Assembly (NCBI GenBank): GCA_022009995.1
Contig: CP091734.1
Span: forward strand, 128,997-192,996
From: Clostridiales bacterium
GTDB lineage: Bacteria; Bacillota; Clostridia; Christensenellales; CAG-917
DNA length: 64,000 nucleotides
Reading direction: 5' to 3'
In this document: piece by piece, positions 22,667 to 32,316 of the stretch
How positions within the stretch are numbered: the stretch's first letter is position 1
Layout of the letters: every line of letters begins with the position of its first letter
Notes under the pieces: generated by a model
The model's database searches: none
What the model was told of the DNA's origin: nothing
What the model saw: only the letters and a program-made list of their open reading frames with translations
Program-made: the position numbers and the translations under genes

Positions 22667-22792
22667 TGCGTAGCAAACAACGTTTGCGTAATAGCGAAGT
22701 GAGCGAGTTTACTCGCATAAACGCAGCGCCAGCCCGCAGGGGTTCACACCGCAGGTGGCACGGCATCGCCGCGCAGAGCCCCCGAAAAGAAA

Positions 22793-22822
22793 GAACCCGA
22801 CAGTGATCGGGTTCGTTTTTGT
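22793..22822 (-). terminator. Terminator of tRNA-Ala.
   Basis: Hairpin GAACCCGA/TCGGGTTC followed on the minus strand by CTTTCTTTTC. Confidence 0.6.
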
Positions 22823-22828
22823 TGTAAG

Positions 22829-22904
22829 TGGTGGAGATGAGGGGGGTCGAACCCCTTACCTCTTGAATGCCATTCAAGCGCTCTACCAGTTGAGCTACAC
22901 CCCC
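22829..22904 (-). tRNA. tRNA-Ala (anticodon GGC), 76 nt with encoded CCA.
   Basis: GGGGGTGTAGCTCAACTGGTAGAGCGCTTGAATGGCATTCAAGAGGTAAGGGGTTCGACCCCCCTCATCTCCACCA. It folds as a cloverleaf with the G3:U70 Ala identity pair, anticodon loop AUGGCAU and T loop UUCGACC. Confidence 0.9.
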
Positions 22905-22923
22905 AAGGCGGATAACAAACGTA

Positions 22924-22951
22924 AATATACTATTTTTACGTCGTTTTGTCA
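22924..22951 (-). promoter_or_regulatory. Promoter of tRNA-Ala.
   Basis: On the minus strand: TTGACA, 16 nt, TATATT, about 20 nt before the tRNA 5' end. Confidence 0.45.
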
Positions 22952-23227
22952 ACTGCATTTGAACAAGTGAATGAAAATGTTTTGTGCAGACGGCGCAGTG
23001 CCGAGAAAACTCAAAAAACTTATCACTTCAAATCACAAGATGACTATGTCAACGAACAGCGCAAATAATTGCGTTTACAATAAAACAGCCTATATCAAAC
23101 AAGCAATAATTTTGCCATTGATATAGGCTTTTCTCTGTGCTGAATCGTCACGCCGAAAGACAAAAAAACTCGAAGTGCAAGCACGATTAAATGATTATCC
23201 AACTTGTGTCACGGGCTTCTGACCAAC

Positions 23228-23268
23228 GAAAAAGTCCGATGAACACCGGGTTACAGGCTCATCGGACT
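23228..23268 (-). terminator. Terminator downstream of the P-type ATPase.
   Basis: AGTCCGATGA ... TCATCGGACT stem, followed on the minus strand by TTTTTCG. Confidence 0.55.
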
Positions 23269-23367
23269 TCTTCTTTTGTCACCCAAAATCACCTTCGACA
23301 CAACTTTTGACACAAATATTATTTTTTCCGGAACGACTTTGGATATTATTCTGTTTTTGGCTGTCGA

Positions 23368-26079
23368 TTACGCGGCAAGGACAATCCCTTTCTTTTTGCG
23401 GACGGCGCGTGCGATTGCCTTAACCAACTCTACCATCGGAATAATGGAAAATGCGAGCGCGATGGCAATGGCGTATTCCGTCCCGTCGAGTTTTGCAAGG
23501 TCGAAGGCGTCCGCAAGCGGTCTGACCTCAACGACGAGGGTTGTGAGCAGCAACGAGAGTATGCCCGCTCCCCAGAGCCACCAGTTGCGCTTTTTGATTT
23601 TGAAAACCGAGCCGTGCAAAGAGCGCATATTAAACGCATGGAAGATTTCCGCCATCGAAAGCGTCAGAAACGCCATTGAAGAGCCGAGCATTTCCGCGCT
23701 GTACGCGCCGTTTGCGATTGCTTCCGCGTGGTGCATTTTCGCAAGGGCCTCCGCGCCGATGAAATAGGACGCGATTGTAATCAGGGTGATAAGTATGCCC
23801 TGATATCCGATTGCAAAGCCCATACCGTTTGCGAAGACGCCGTCTTTGCTGTTTCTGGGCGGACGGCTCATAACGTCGCTTTCTGCGGATTCCATACCGA
23901 GCGAAAGAGCCGGAAGCAATCCGTAATGAGATTTATCCAAAGCAAATGCGCGGGCTTAAATATGGTGAACCCGGCAAGCGTCGCGATGAAAATGGACAGC
24001 ACTTCCGAAAGATTGGACGCCAGCAAGAACTGAATGGATTTGCGGATATTGTCATAAATACGTCTTCCCTCGCCCACTGCCGAAACGATTGTCGCGAATT
24101 GTCGTCGGTGAGTATCATATCCGCGACGTTCTTTGTGACGTCGGTGCCTGTGATGCCCATACCCACACCGATGTCGGCGTTTTTGATTGACGGAGCGTCG
24201 TTGACGCCGTCGCCGGTCATTGCGGTTATGTATCCTTTTGCGCGCCAGGCGTTGACGATTCTTGTTTTGTGTTCGGGTTGCACGCGGGCGTAAACCGAAT
24301 ATTTTTCCACGTCGTTTGCGAAATCTTCGTCGCTGATTTTGTCAAGGTCCGCGCCCGTGATTGCCTGCGACGGATCGGAGATAATCCCAAGTTGCATTGC
24401 AATGGCAACCGCGGTATCCCTATGGTCGCCCGTGATCATAACGGGACGAATACCCGCTTTTTTACACTCGTCGATTGCAGGCTTGACCTCGGGACGAACG
24501 GGATCTATCATACCCACAAGCCCCACGAAACACATATCTTTTTCGTCGTTTTCGGTGGTATATTCGCTTTTTTCAAAATCAAGACGTTTTTGAGCGACTG
24601 CAAGCACGCGAAGCGCCCTGTCCGCCATCTCTTTGTTTGCGGCAAGAATTTCATTGCGTTTCCCTTCGTCCATTTTAACCGCTTTCCCGTCTTTGAGATA
24701 AAACGAACAGCGTTTGACAATTTCGTCGGGTGCGCCTTTCGTGAATTGCAAAATATTGCCGTTTTCGTCCTTATGTACGGTGGTCATCATCTTACGCATG
24801 GAATCGAACGGTATTTCGCCTATGCGGGGATAAATCTCTTTTTGATTGTTTTTATCGAGTCCGAGCATCGCCGCGTAATTGACAAGCGCGCACTCGGTAG
24901 GTTCTCCGACTGCCTCTCCTTTGTCCTTATCGAACTCGGCGTCAGAACAAAGCGACATTGCGTTTGCAAGCAGATTTTCGTCGCTGCCGTAATGGTCGAC
25001 AACCGTCATTTTGTTTTGAGTAAGCGTGCCCGTTTTGTCCGTGCAGATGATTTGCGTGCAGCCGAGCGTTTCGACGGCAGTGAGTTTTCTTATTATCGCG
25101 TTGCGCTTTGACATGTTGGTCACGCCGATTGAAAGCACGATCGTTACAACCGTCGCAAGACCTTCCGGAATTGCCGCAACGGCAAGCGATACCGCAACCA
25201 TAAACGTGTCGAGTATCGTCGCGGCAGTGTTCGCTTTAAGCGTTCCTGTGGCGGCGGCGCGAATCATACTGACCGCAAATCACCGCGCAAATGCCGATTA
25301 CGAGATACGTAAGCACCTTGCTGAGTTGCGAAAGTTTTTGTTGAAGGGGCGTTTTGCTTTCCTTTGCCTGAGTGAGCGCGGTCGCGATTTTGCCCATTTC
25401 GGTGTTTATACCCGTTGCGACGACAACCGCCTTGCCTCTGCCGTAAACGACGGTGCTACCCATAAATACCATATTTTTTCTGTCGCCGAGAGGTACTTCC
25501 CCGCTTTGTGCGCTTATGGCGTCCGACGTTTTAAGCACGGGAACGGACTCGCCGGTGAGCGCGGCTTCTTCGGCTTTCATACTCGCGCACTCGATAATTC
25601 GCGCGTCTGCCGGAACCGCGTCGCCCGCTTCAAGGACGATAACGTCGCCCACGACCAGATCTTCGCTTTTTACGACGACGAGTTTTCCGTCCCTTATGAC
25701 CTTTGACGTGGCGGCGGCTATTTTTTGCAACGCGTCGATGGCTTTTTCCGCCTTGCTCTCCTGCACGACGCCGAGAACCGCGTTGATGATGACGACCGCC
25801 ATTATTATGATGACGTCGGACGGAACTCTTTTTTGCCGCCGGAAGAATTGTTGACCGCAGTCAGAATACCCGAAATTATCGCGGCGACGATGAGTATCAG
25901 CGTCATCGGCTCGATAAACTGCTTCAACAAACGCAGAATAATCGGCTCTTTTTACCCTCTGCAAGTTTGTTTTTGCCGTTTGATTCAAGGCGAGATTCCG
26001 CCTCTTGCGAAGTTATGCCGTCGACGCCCGTTTTCACGTCCCGACAAACTTCGTCGATGTTTTCAAGATAGTGTTTCAT
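23368..26079 (-). CDS. P-type cation-transporting ATPase (P2 type, Ca2+/Mn2+-like), ~900 aa. At least 5 apparent frameshifts.
   Basis: AGGAG RBS plus ATG 26079 (MKHYLENIDEVCRDVKTGVDGITSQEAESRL). TGES, ICTDKTGTLTQNKMTV, MITGDHRDTA and TGDGVNDAPSIKNADIGVGMG motifs are spread over ORFs 25236-25988, 23933-25267, 23868-24077 and 23368-23940. Confidence 0.9.
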
Positions 26080-26165
26080 AAAAACTCCTGTATCTATCGT
26101 TAAAAATTTTGTTTGTAACGTTTTGTTCGTAAGGTCGGTATCGTTTTGTTCCGGCTTTCGGAAAA

Positions 26166-26283
26166 TAAAAAAAAAGACCTATCCTTACGGATAAGTCTCA
26201 TCATTTCAAATAAAACCGGAGTTTGCGCTCGTGTTAGCGGTTTTATTACACCCGGGTGAAGGGTGCCGATTACTCCCTTATTT
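26166..26283 (-). promoter_or_regulatory. Riboswitch-like 5' leader with an intrinsic terminator. Candidate yybP-ykoY (Mn2+) class; tentative.
   Basis: Minus strand: AUAAGGGAGUAAUCGGCACCC...AAUAAAACCG...CGGUUUUAUUUGAAAUGAUGAGACUUAUCC-GUAA-GGAUAGGUCUUUUUUUUU. It has a GGGAGUA box and a 10-bp long-range helix. The P1 3' strand (CUUAU) is shared with the terminator stem. Confidence 0.5.
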
Positions 26284-26289
26284 GCCTGC

Positions 26290-26318
26290 ATTTTATCATA
26301 ATCGCGCGGTATCGTCAA
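26290..26318 (-). promoter_or_regulatory. Promoter of the ATPase leader.
   Basis: On the minus strand: TTGACG, 17 nt, TAAAAT. Confidence 0.4.
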
Positions 26319-26359
26319 ACATTTTTAATATCGCGTACTCGAAAATCACAAAATTATTT

Positions 26360-27104
26360 TTACTTCTTTTCCGTGCGCGCAAACTTTGCCGTGAGCGCAA
26401 AACACGGGCGTTTTCTCACGTATCCCGCCATGGTAAGTTCGTCCCCGTTTATCGTGTATTCCAAACGAACGTGCGCGCCGTATTTTATCTCGGACTTGAA
26501 CTCGATTTCAAGCGACTTCATTTCGTGAGTTTCAAGGTATTCCGCGCCAAGCAGGTCTTCGGCTTCGTCGACGTATTTGCTGTTGTTCATATGCCCGTTG
26601 ATGTCAACCCTGCTGTATGACGCCACGAAATTTCTTGTTTTTCTGAGTACCCGGCGAAACGCCGCACGGAAGAGCAATCCCGATATCTTTTTCAAGGGAC
26701 GGGATCTCCACGCCGTACTCTTCGGGGAACGCCATATGCCTTGTTTTTTCGTCCATCAGGAGCCATACCGCGCTTGCCTTGACAAGCGAATTTCCGCTTT
26801 CGTCCAGCATCTCGTAATACCGCGGGAAAAGCACGCGCAAGGTTTTGCCCGCAAAGCTTTCAAGGGTAACGGTTTCGTCGTAAGAAGGTAGTCTGTTTAT
26901 TTCGATTTTCATTCTTGCGACAACCCACAAAACGCCTTTGTCAAGCGTTTTCGCCCTGCCTGCGCCAAGTGCTTCGGTGTGTGCGATGGATATTTCCTGA
27001 ATGAGCCGTAAAAGCACCGACGGGCGCAATTTCCGAAACATCGTAACGTCGTCGGCAAGCATCTTCTTATGGACTGTATATATTAAATCATTAACTTTAT
27101 CCAT
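26360..27104 (-). CDS. Acyl-ACP thioesterase. One frameshift near 26690.
   Basis: MDKVNDLIYTVHKKMLADDVTMFRKLRPSVLLRLIQEISIAHTEALG...VLWVVARMKIEINRLP... joins ...SYSRVDINGHMNNSKYVDEAEDLL.... Confidence 0.8.
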
Positions 27105-27148
27105 ATTTTTGATATGATTAAGCGGCTGTTTTGCGAAAAATCGCAAAA

Positions 27149-27403
27149 TTATTTTTTCGTTGCCATATCGTAAACTACGTCCACGACTTCGCCGACGCTG
27201 CGTAGTTTCATCCACACCTTATCGGGAATTTTAACGTTGTAGTCGCTTTCAAGCGTGCATACGATATATATGTAATTGAGCGATTCGTACCCCTTTGAAT
27301 TGATGGGGGTTTCGCGCGTGATTTCTTCGTTTTGAAGAGAAGGAACGTATTGTTTCACCAGTTTCGTAAGGTTGTCCTGAATTTCTTGTTTTGTTACTTG
27401 CAT
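27149..27403 (-). CDS. Acyl carrier protein-like (phosphopantetheine attachment).
   Basis: 84 aa. Candidate Ser in ...INSKGYESLNYIYIVCTLE.... It sits between an adenylating enzyme and a thioesterase. Confidence 0.65.
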   Translation of the reverse strand: MQVTKQEIQDNLTKLVKQYVPSLQNEEITRETPINSKGYESLNYIYIVCTLESDYNVKIPDKVWMKLRSVGEVVDVVYDMATKK

Positions 27404-27431
27404 TTTTATACTCCTTTGCGCAGAATAGTCG

Positions 27432-28783
27432 TTATAAAGCCCAGCGTTTTATTTTGCCCGTCGCCGTCCTTTCAAGGGCGTGCGGCATAATCCTGACGTC
27501 CCCGATTTGTCGGTCGAAAGATTTTGTTTTGTTGAATTCGTTTACTTTGTTTTTCACGTCGTCCTTGTCGATATTGCCGTCCTTGTCGCCGACGAACAAC
27601 GTCACGACGCCGTCTTTTTGCGCGAGCGCGATATCGTCGATATTCAAGGCTTTTTGAAGTTCCGTCTCCCACTCGGCAAGATAAATTTTCGTGCCGTTTT
27701 CAAGGACGAGGATATCTTTTTTCCTGCCCGTGATATAAAGGTTGCCGTCTTTGTCGAATTTGCCGAGATCGCCCGTATGGAACACGCCGTTTATCAGCAC
27801 TTCGTCGGTTGCGGTTTTGTTTTTGTAATACCCTTTCATAATACATTCGGGGCATTTTATCAATATTTCGCCGTCGCCCGAAAGCGTGATTTCGTCGTCG
27901 GGACACGGCGTCATCGCAAACGGATTTTCACCCGTGCTTATGGCAACGCCGCTTGACGTTTCGGTCAGCCCGTAGCCAAAGCGGATTTCGACGCCCTTTG
28001 CTTTCACGGCGTCCAGCACCTGCTCGCTTGCGGGGCCCGCGCCGACAAGAACCATACGCAAATTATCGTTAAGAGCATTGAAGTTCAAAAGGAATTTCAA
28101 CGCGGACGGCACGACGGATATAATCGTCGGATTGAAATATTTCGCGTCGAACGGGAGATAACGAAGCCCCCTTGTCAACGACACGCACGCGCCCTGCGAC
28201 AACGGCCACAGCATCGAACATACGAACCCGAACACGTGAGTGAGCGGAAGGATGCAAAGCAGATTGTCGTTTTCGTTGCACGGGCATCTTTCCTGTCCGT
28301 TCCAGGCGCTGGCGCAAAGGGATTTCGAGGTCAGCACCACCGCTTTTGAAGACTCGGTCGTGCCCGACGTGAAAAACAATATATTGCCTTCTCCGTCCGT
28401 CCTGTTCAGCGTATGCGGGCAAAACGTCAACGCGGTCGCATACGGCGCGGTCAGGTTGTCGGTGAGAATAGTTTCGACGTCGGTTGCAAGAACGCATTTT
28501 TGGAGCGTCGCGGCGTCCGACATCGCGTCGAGTAGCACCGTTTGCTTTCCGGCAATCACGCACGCGAACATATCGACAATCCATTTTTCCGACGGCGCTT
28601 CGAGAATACCCACGCAGGTTTCTTTCATACTTTCAAGCGCACGGACGCGATCTTTGACGTCGGCGTATAACTGCGCGTACGTTTTTTTGACCGTCGTTCC
28701 GCCCTCGTCGTACAAGAGCGCAACGTTGTCGGGATAATTCGTCGCGCCGCTGTGCAAAGTTGAACAAAAGACGTAAATTTCAT
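27432..28783 (-). CDS. AMP-dependent synthetase/ligase (acyl-AMP/ACP or CoA ligase). One frameshift near 28760 at the N-terminus.
   Basis: RBS AAGAGGTG plus ATG 28783 (MKFTSFVQL) joins LHSGATNYPDNVALLYDEGG... The AMP-binding motif FFTSGTTESSKAVVLT and ...GYGLTETS...TGDLG...GRKKD... are present. Confidence 0.85.
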
Positions 28784-28973
28784 TTTTTCACCTCTTAAAT
28801 CAATCTCATTATACCACGCCGAAATTACGTTGTGAATACTTAAACGCAAATTTTTGATTTTTTTCGTCAAAATTTTCACAAAAGTATTTACAATGAAAAA
28901 ATAGATGATATAATTATTTTGTAATAAAAATAATTTGTAGGTCGCAAGACCTACTCAGTTCAAGGAGATTATT

Positions 28974-30327
28974 ATGGCAAAGAATGAAAAGATTTGTATC
29001 ATCGGCGCCGGTCCCGCGGGATTAAGCGCGGCAGTCCATCTTGAAAAGAACGGCTATACCGATTATTCGATTCTTGAAAAAGAAGACCACGTCGGCGGAA
29101 AATGCCACTCTCCGTATCATGACGGAAAGCGATTTGAAATGGGTGCGATTATGGGTTGCCCGACGTATTACGCCGTGCATGAGCTTGAATTATTCGGCGG
29201 CGTCGATCACAACGGACCGAAACTCGAACGTGCGTATCGCAAAATGAACGGCAAACCGTACGATCCGTTCAATCCGAAGAAAAACCCCCTGCTTATCCCG
29301 CATCTTTTGAAGATGAAATCACAGGTCAAAAAACTCGGCACGCTTCTTGCGACCAAATACAAGGGATATCAATACACCGGTCACAAGGGAATTTCCGAGG
29401 GTAAATACGACGGGTACGATCCGGTCACCGGCGAACACGTTGTCGGCGAAAACCCCAACCTCAAAGATTTGTGCATGAATTTCAAGGATTTCTGCAAACT
29501 CAACAAGGTTGAACTTGCACAGGAAATCTGGATCGGGCCTTACACCGCGTTCGGATACGGCTTCTTTGACGAAATCCCCGCGGCATACGTCTTGAAATAC
29601 CTTGACTTCGCAACCGCAATGTACTTCGTAAACAAAGATTTGTGGACGTGGCAAGACGGCACGCAAAGCATTTACGAAGCGGTCAACGAGAAACTTCAAC
29701 ACCCTGCCCGCCTCAACGTCAACATCACGAAAGTTACGCGTGAAAACGGCAAAGTTCAGGTTTATATCGGCGACAAAATGGAAGAATACGACAAAATCAT
29801 CGTTACCTCTCCCCTGCAACATCTGCCTTCCTACTTCGACGCGACCGAACAGGAAAAAGCGCTCTTCTCGAAAATCGATTACGAACGCTACGACGTCACC
29901 GCAATCACCTGCAAGAAAGGCACTTATTATCCCGATATGTCGGGCTATCTCTTCGACAACATGGTTCCCGAAAGACTCGGCCACCTTATGGTGTTCTATC
30001 ACAGATGGAAGAATGAACCCAATCAGGTTCTTACAACTTACGTCCTGCGCAACTACAAGGGTAAGGAACTCAAAACCTACGAAGAAGCGAAAGATGGCTT
30101 GGGACGATATGAAACTTTGCGGCATCGACATCGACAAATGCGTCTATGAGAGAAAGTGGTATTACTTCCCCCACGTGTTTGAGAAAGACTACGCCGACGG
30201 CTGGTACGAAAAAGTCGAAAGTATGCAAGGTCAGCTCAATACATATTACGCCGGCGAAATCATGAGCTTCGGCGATATGGAAGAAACGGTGCAATACTCC
30301 AAAGACCTTGTCGCAAGATTCTTTTAA
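28974..30327 (+). CDS. FAD-dependent oxidoreductase of the amine-oxidase fold. It resembles polyenoic fatty-acid isomerase (PAI-like). One frameshift near 30100.
   Basis: MAKNEKICIIGAGPAGLSAAVHLEKNGYTDYSILEKEDHVGGKCHS (GxGxxG). The C-terminal ...RKWYYFPHVFEKDYADGWYEKVESMQGQLNTYYAGEIMSFGDMEETVQYSKDLVARFF lies in the frame of ORF 29740-30327. Confidence 0.7.
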
Positions 30328-30343
30328 TACGGTTGTATAATAC

Positions 30344-30378
30344 AAAGCGCGGACGTTTTGTCCGCGCTTTTATTTTTC
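30344..30378. terminator. Bidirectional terminator.
   Basis: AAAGCGCGGAC-GTTT-GTCCGCGCTTT followed by a T run. It lies between convergent genes. Confidence 0.65.
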
Positions 30379-30416
30379 GTTTTTTTTAAAGAATAATGAC
30401 TTTATAGTTACTTTTT

Positions 30417-31445
30417 TTATCTTAAATCCGCAATATCGTAAATGAGCCTTTCGGTTTTATCCCACCCGAGGCATGCGTCGGTGATGGATTTCCCGTAAAT
30501 TTTGCCGTCCGACGGTTGCGAGCCGTCCTCGATATACGATTCGATCATCAGCCCTTTCACCATTTCCCCGATACCTTTGGAATAACGCGTGCTGTGCAAC
30601 ACTTCTTTTGCGATGCGCGGTTGCTCGTCGAATTTTTTTGCCGAATTCGAGTGGTTGGTATCGACGATGACGGCGGGGTTTTCAAGTCCGCTTTTCGCAT
30701 ACAGATCGCAAAGTTTGATAAGATCTTCGTAATGGTAATTCGGGATTGCCTGTCCGTTTTTATCCACCGAACCGCGCAGAATCGCGTGCGCGAGCGCATT
30801 TCCCGCGCTGTTCACTTCCCACCCCGAATACACGAATGTATGCGGGTGCTGCGCCGCGCGTATCGAATTCATCATGACGGACAAATCACCGCTTGTCGGG
30901 TTTTTCATACCGACGGGAATATCGAGCCCGCTTGCCGTGAGCCTGTGGAATTGGTTTTCAACCGACCTTGCGCCGACCGCAACGTACGACAATACGTCGG
31001 ACAGATACAGATGGTTTTCGGGATAAAGCATTTCGTCCGCACAGGAAAATCCCGTTTCGTTAAGCGCTTTTATGTGCAATTTCCTTATGGCGATCAGCCC
31101 TTTCAGCATATTTTCGTCGGCGTTGGGATCGGGCTGGTGCAGCATTCCCTTGTAGCCGTCGCCGGTCGTGCGCGGTTTGTTGGTATAAATGCGCGGCACG
31201 ATGACGATTTTGTCGGCGACCTTTTCCTGCACGCGCCTGAGCCTTGAAATATAGTCGAGAACGGCGTCCTCTCTGTCGGCGGAACACGGCCCGATTACCA
31301 AAAGCAGGCGGTTATCCTTCCCCGAAAAAATGTTTTTGAGTGTAGCGTCGGTATCTTTTTTGTGTGCCGCAAGCGCGTCGTTAAGCGGATACATCGCCTT
31401 GATTTCCTGCAACGTCGGCAGTTTTCTTTTGAATTCGAGATTCAT
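30417..31445 (-). CDS. 3-deoxy-7-phosphoheptulonate (DAHP) synthase, AroF/G/H type.
   Basis: ...LLLVIGPCSADRE...IYTNKPRTTGDGYKGMLHQPDP...VGARSVENQFHRL... Confidence 0.9.
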   Translation of the reverse strand: MNLEFKRKLPTLQEIKAMYPLNDALAAHKKDTDATLKNIFSGKDNRLLLVIGPCSADREDAVLDYISRLRRVQEKVADKIVIVPRIYTNKPRTTGDGYKGMLHQPDPNADENMLKGLIAIRKLHIKALNETGFSCADEMLYPENHLYLSDVLSYVAVGARSVENQFHRLTASGLDIPVGMKNPTSGDLSVMMNSIRAAQHPHTFVYSGWEVNSAGNALAHAILRGSVDKNGQAIPNYHYEDLIKLCDLYAKSGLENPAVIVDTNHSNSAKKFDEQPRIAKEVLHSTRYSKGIGEMVKGLMIESYIEDGSQPSDGKIYGKSITDACLGWDKTERLIYDIADLR

Positions 31446-32316
31446 TTATCTTGTCTCCTTTGCGTCTTTGTCAAACACTTTGCGGCGCGCCGTGGATTCG
31501 CGCAGCGTTTCTCTTATTTTTTCACGATTATCGTTTTTAATATCTTCTTTCAGTTGGTTGAATTTTTCTTCAAACAGGTCCATTTGTTTTAAGAGTTCGT
31601 CCTTGTTTGCAAGGAAAAGTTCGCTCCACATTTCGTCGTTGATTTTTGCGATGCGGGTAAGGTCGCGGAAGGAATCGCCCGTGTATTCGGCAAGATGGTG
31701 CGACTTTTTGGATACCATCAGCGATACGGCGATGCAATGCGTCAGATGCGACAAAAACCCCACCGTTTCGTCGTGCTCTTCGGGCGAAAGCGACGATATC
31801 CTTTCAAAACCGAGCGCGCGGCCGAGGTCTTTCACCGCCTGCACGTTTTCGTCGGTATTCTTTTTCGTGGGCGTCACGATGTAATTTGCCCCGACGAAGA
31901 TTTTCGGATCGGCGTTTTCGACGCCGCTGACTTCTTTGCCTGCCATCGGATGCGCCCCCACGAATTCCAAGTCGCCACGAAGAATTTTCTGCACGTTTTC
32001 GACGACGAACGACTTCACACCGGTAACGTCGGTGATAAGCGCGCCCGACTTTATCGATGATTGATATTCCTTAATCCAGTTTATGAAATCATGCGGATAC
32101 AGCGCAAAAACGATAAGGTCAAAGTCCTTTACGAAATCGTTTCACGCTTGTCTCGCCAACCTGTATAAGCCCGTTTTTCAACGCGTACTCGACCGAACTT
32201 TTCTTTTTGTCGATTGCGCCGACAAAGTATCCTTCGTCCGACAACGCCTTTGCGTAACTGCCGCCGATAAGTCCAAGCCCTACGATCAGGATTTTTGTGT
32301 TTTTATCGAATTTCAT
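31446..32316 (-). CDS. tyrA: Prephenate dehydrogenase. At least 1 frameshift near 32120.
   Basis: MKFDKNTKILIVGLGLIGGSYAKAL (Rossmann) joins ...FVGAHPMAGKEVSGVENA...EEHDETVGFLSHLTH.... Confidence 0.85.

Noticed and set aside
22650-22783. Considered whether the 134-nt GGGGG...CCACCA segment is a tmRNA (ssrA) or a second tRNA gene.
   Set aside because: It is far too short for tmRNA. It has no T-arm (no GGUUCGA-type loop), no resume codon or tag ORF ending in a stop, and no D or anticodon arm. Only the acceptor-strand nucleotides are shared with tRNA-Ala. It is kept as an unexplained finding, not as a named RNA class.
22473-22958. 161-aa minus-strand ORF spanning the tRNA region.
   Set aside because: It reads straight through the tRNA-Ala gene, both terminator hairpins and the GC-rich insert. 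It is an artefact of a stop-free stretch.
23368-26079. Annotating the multiply broken genes (ATPase, clpB, feoB, GRE) as true pseudogenes.
   Set aside because: Essential and accessory genes are hit equally, the fragments retain perfect motifs with no other decay, and the traced breaks map to homopolymers. Assembly error is the more economical explanation, but it needs read-level confirmation.
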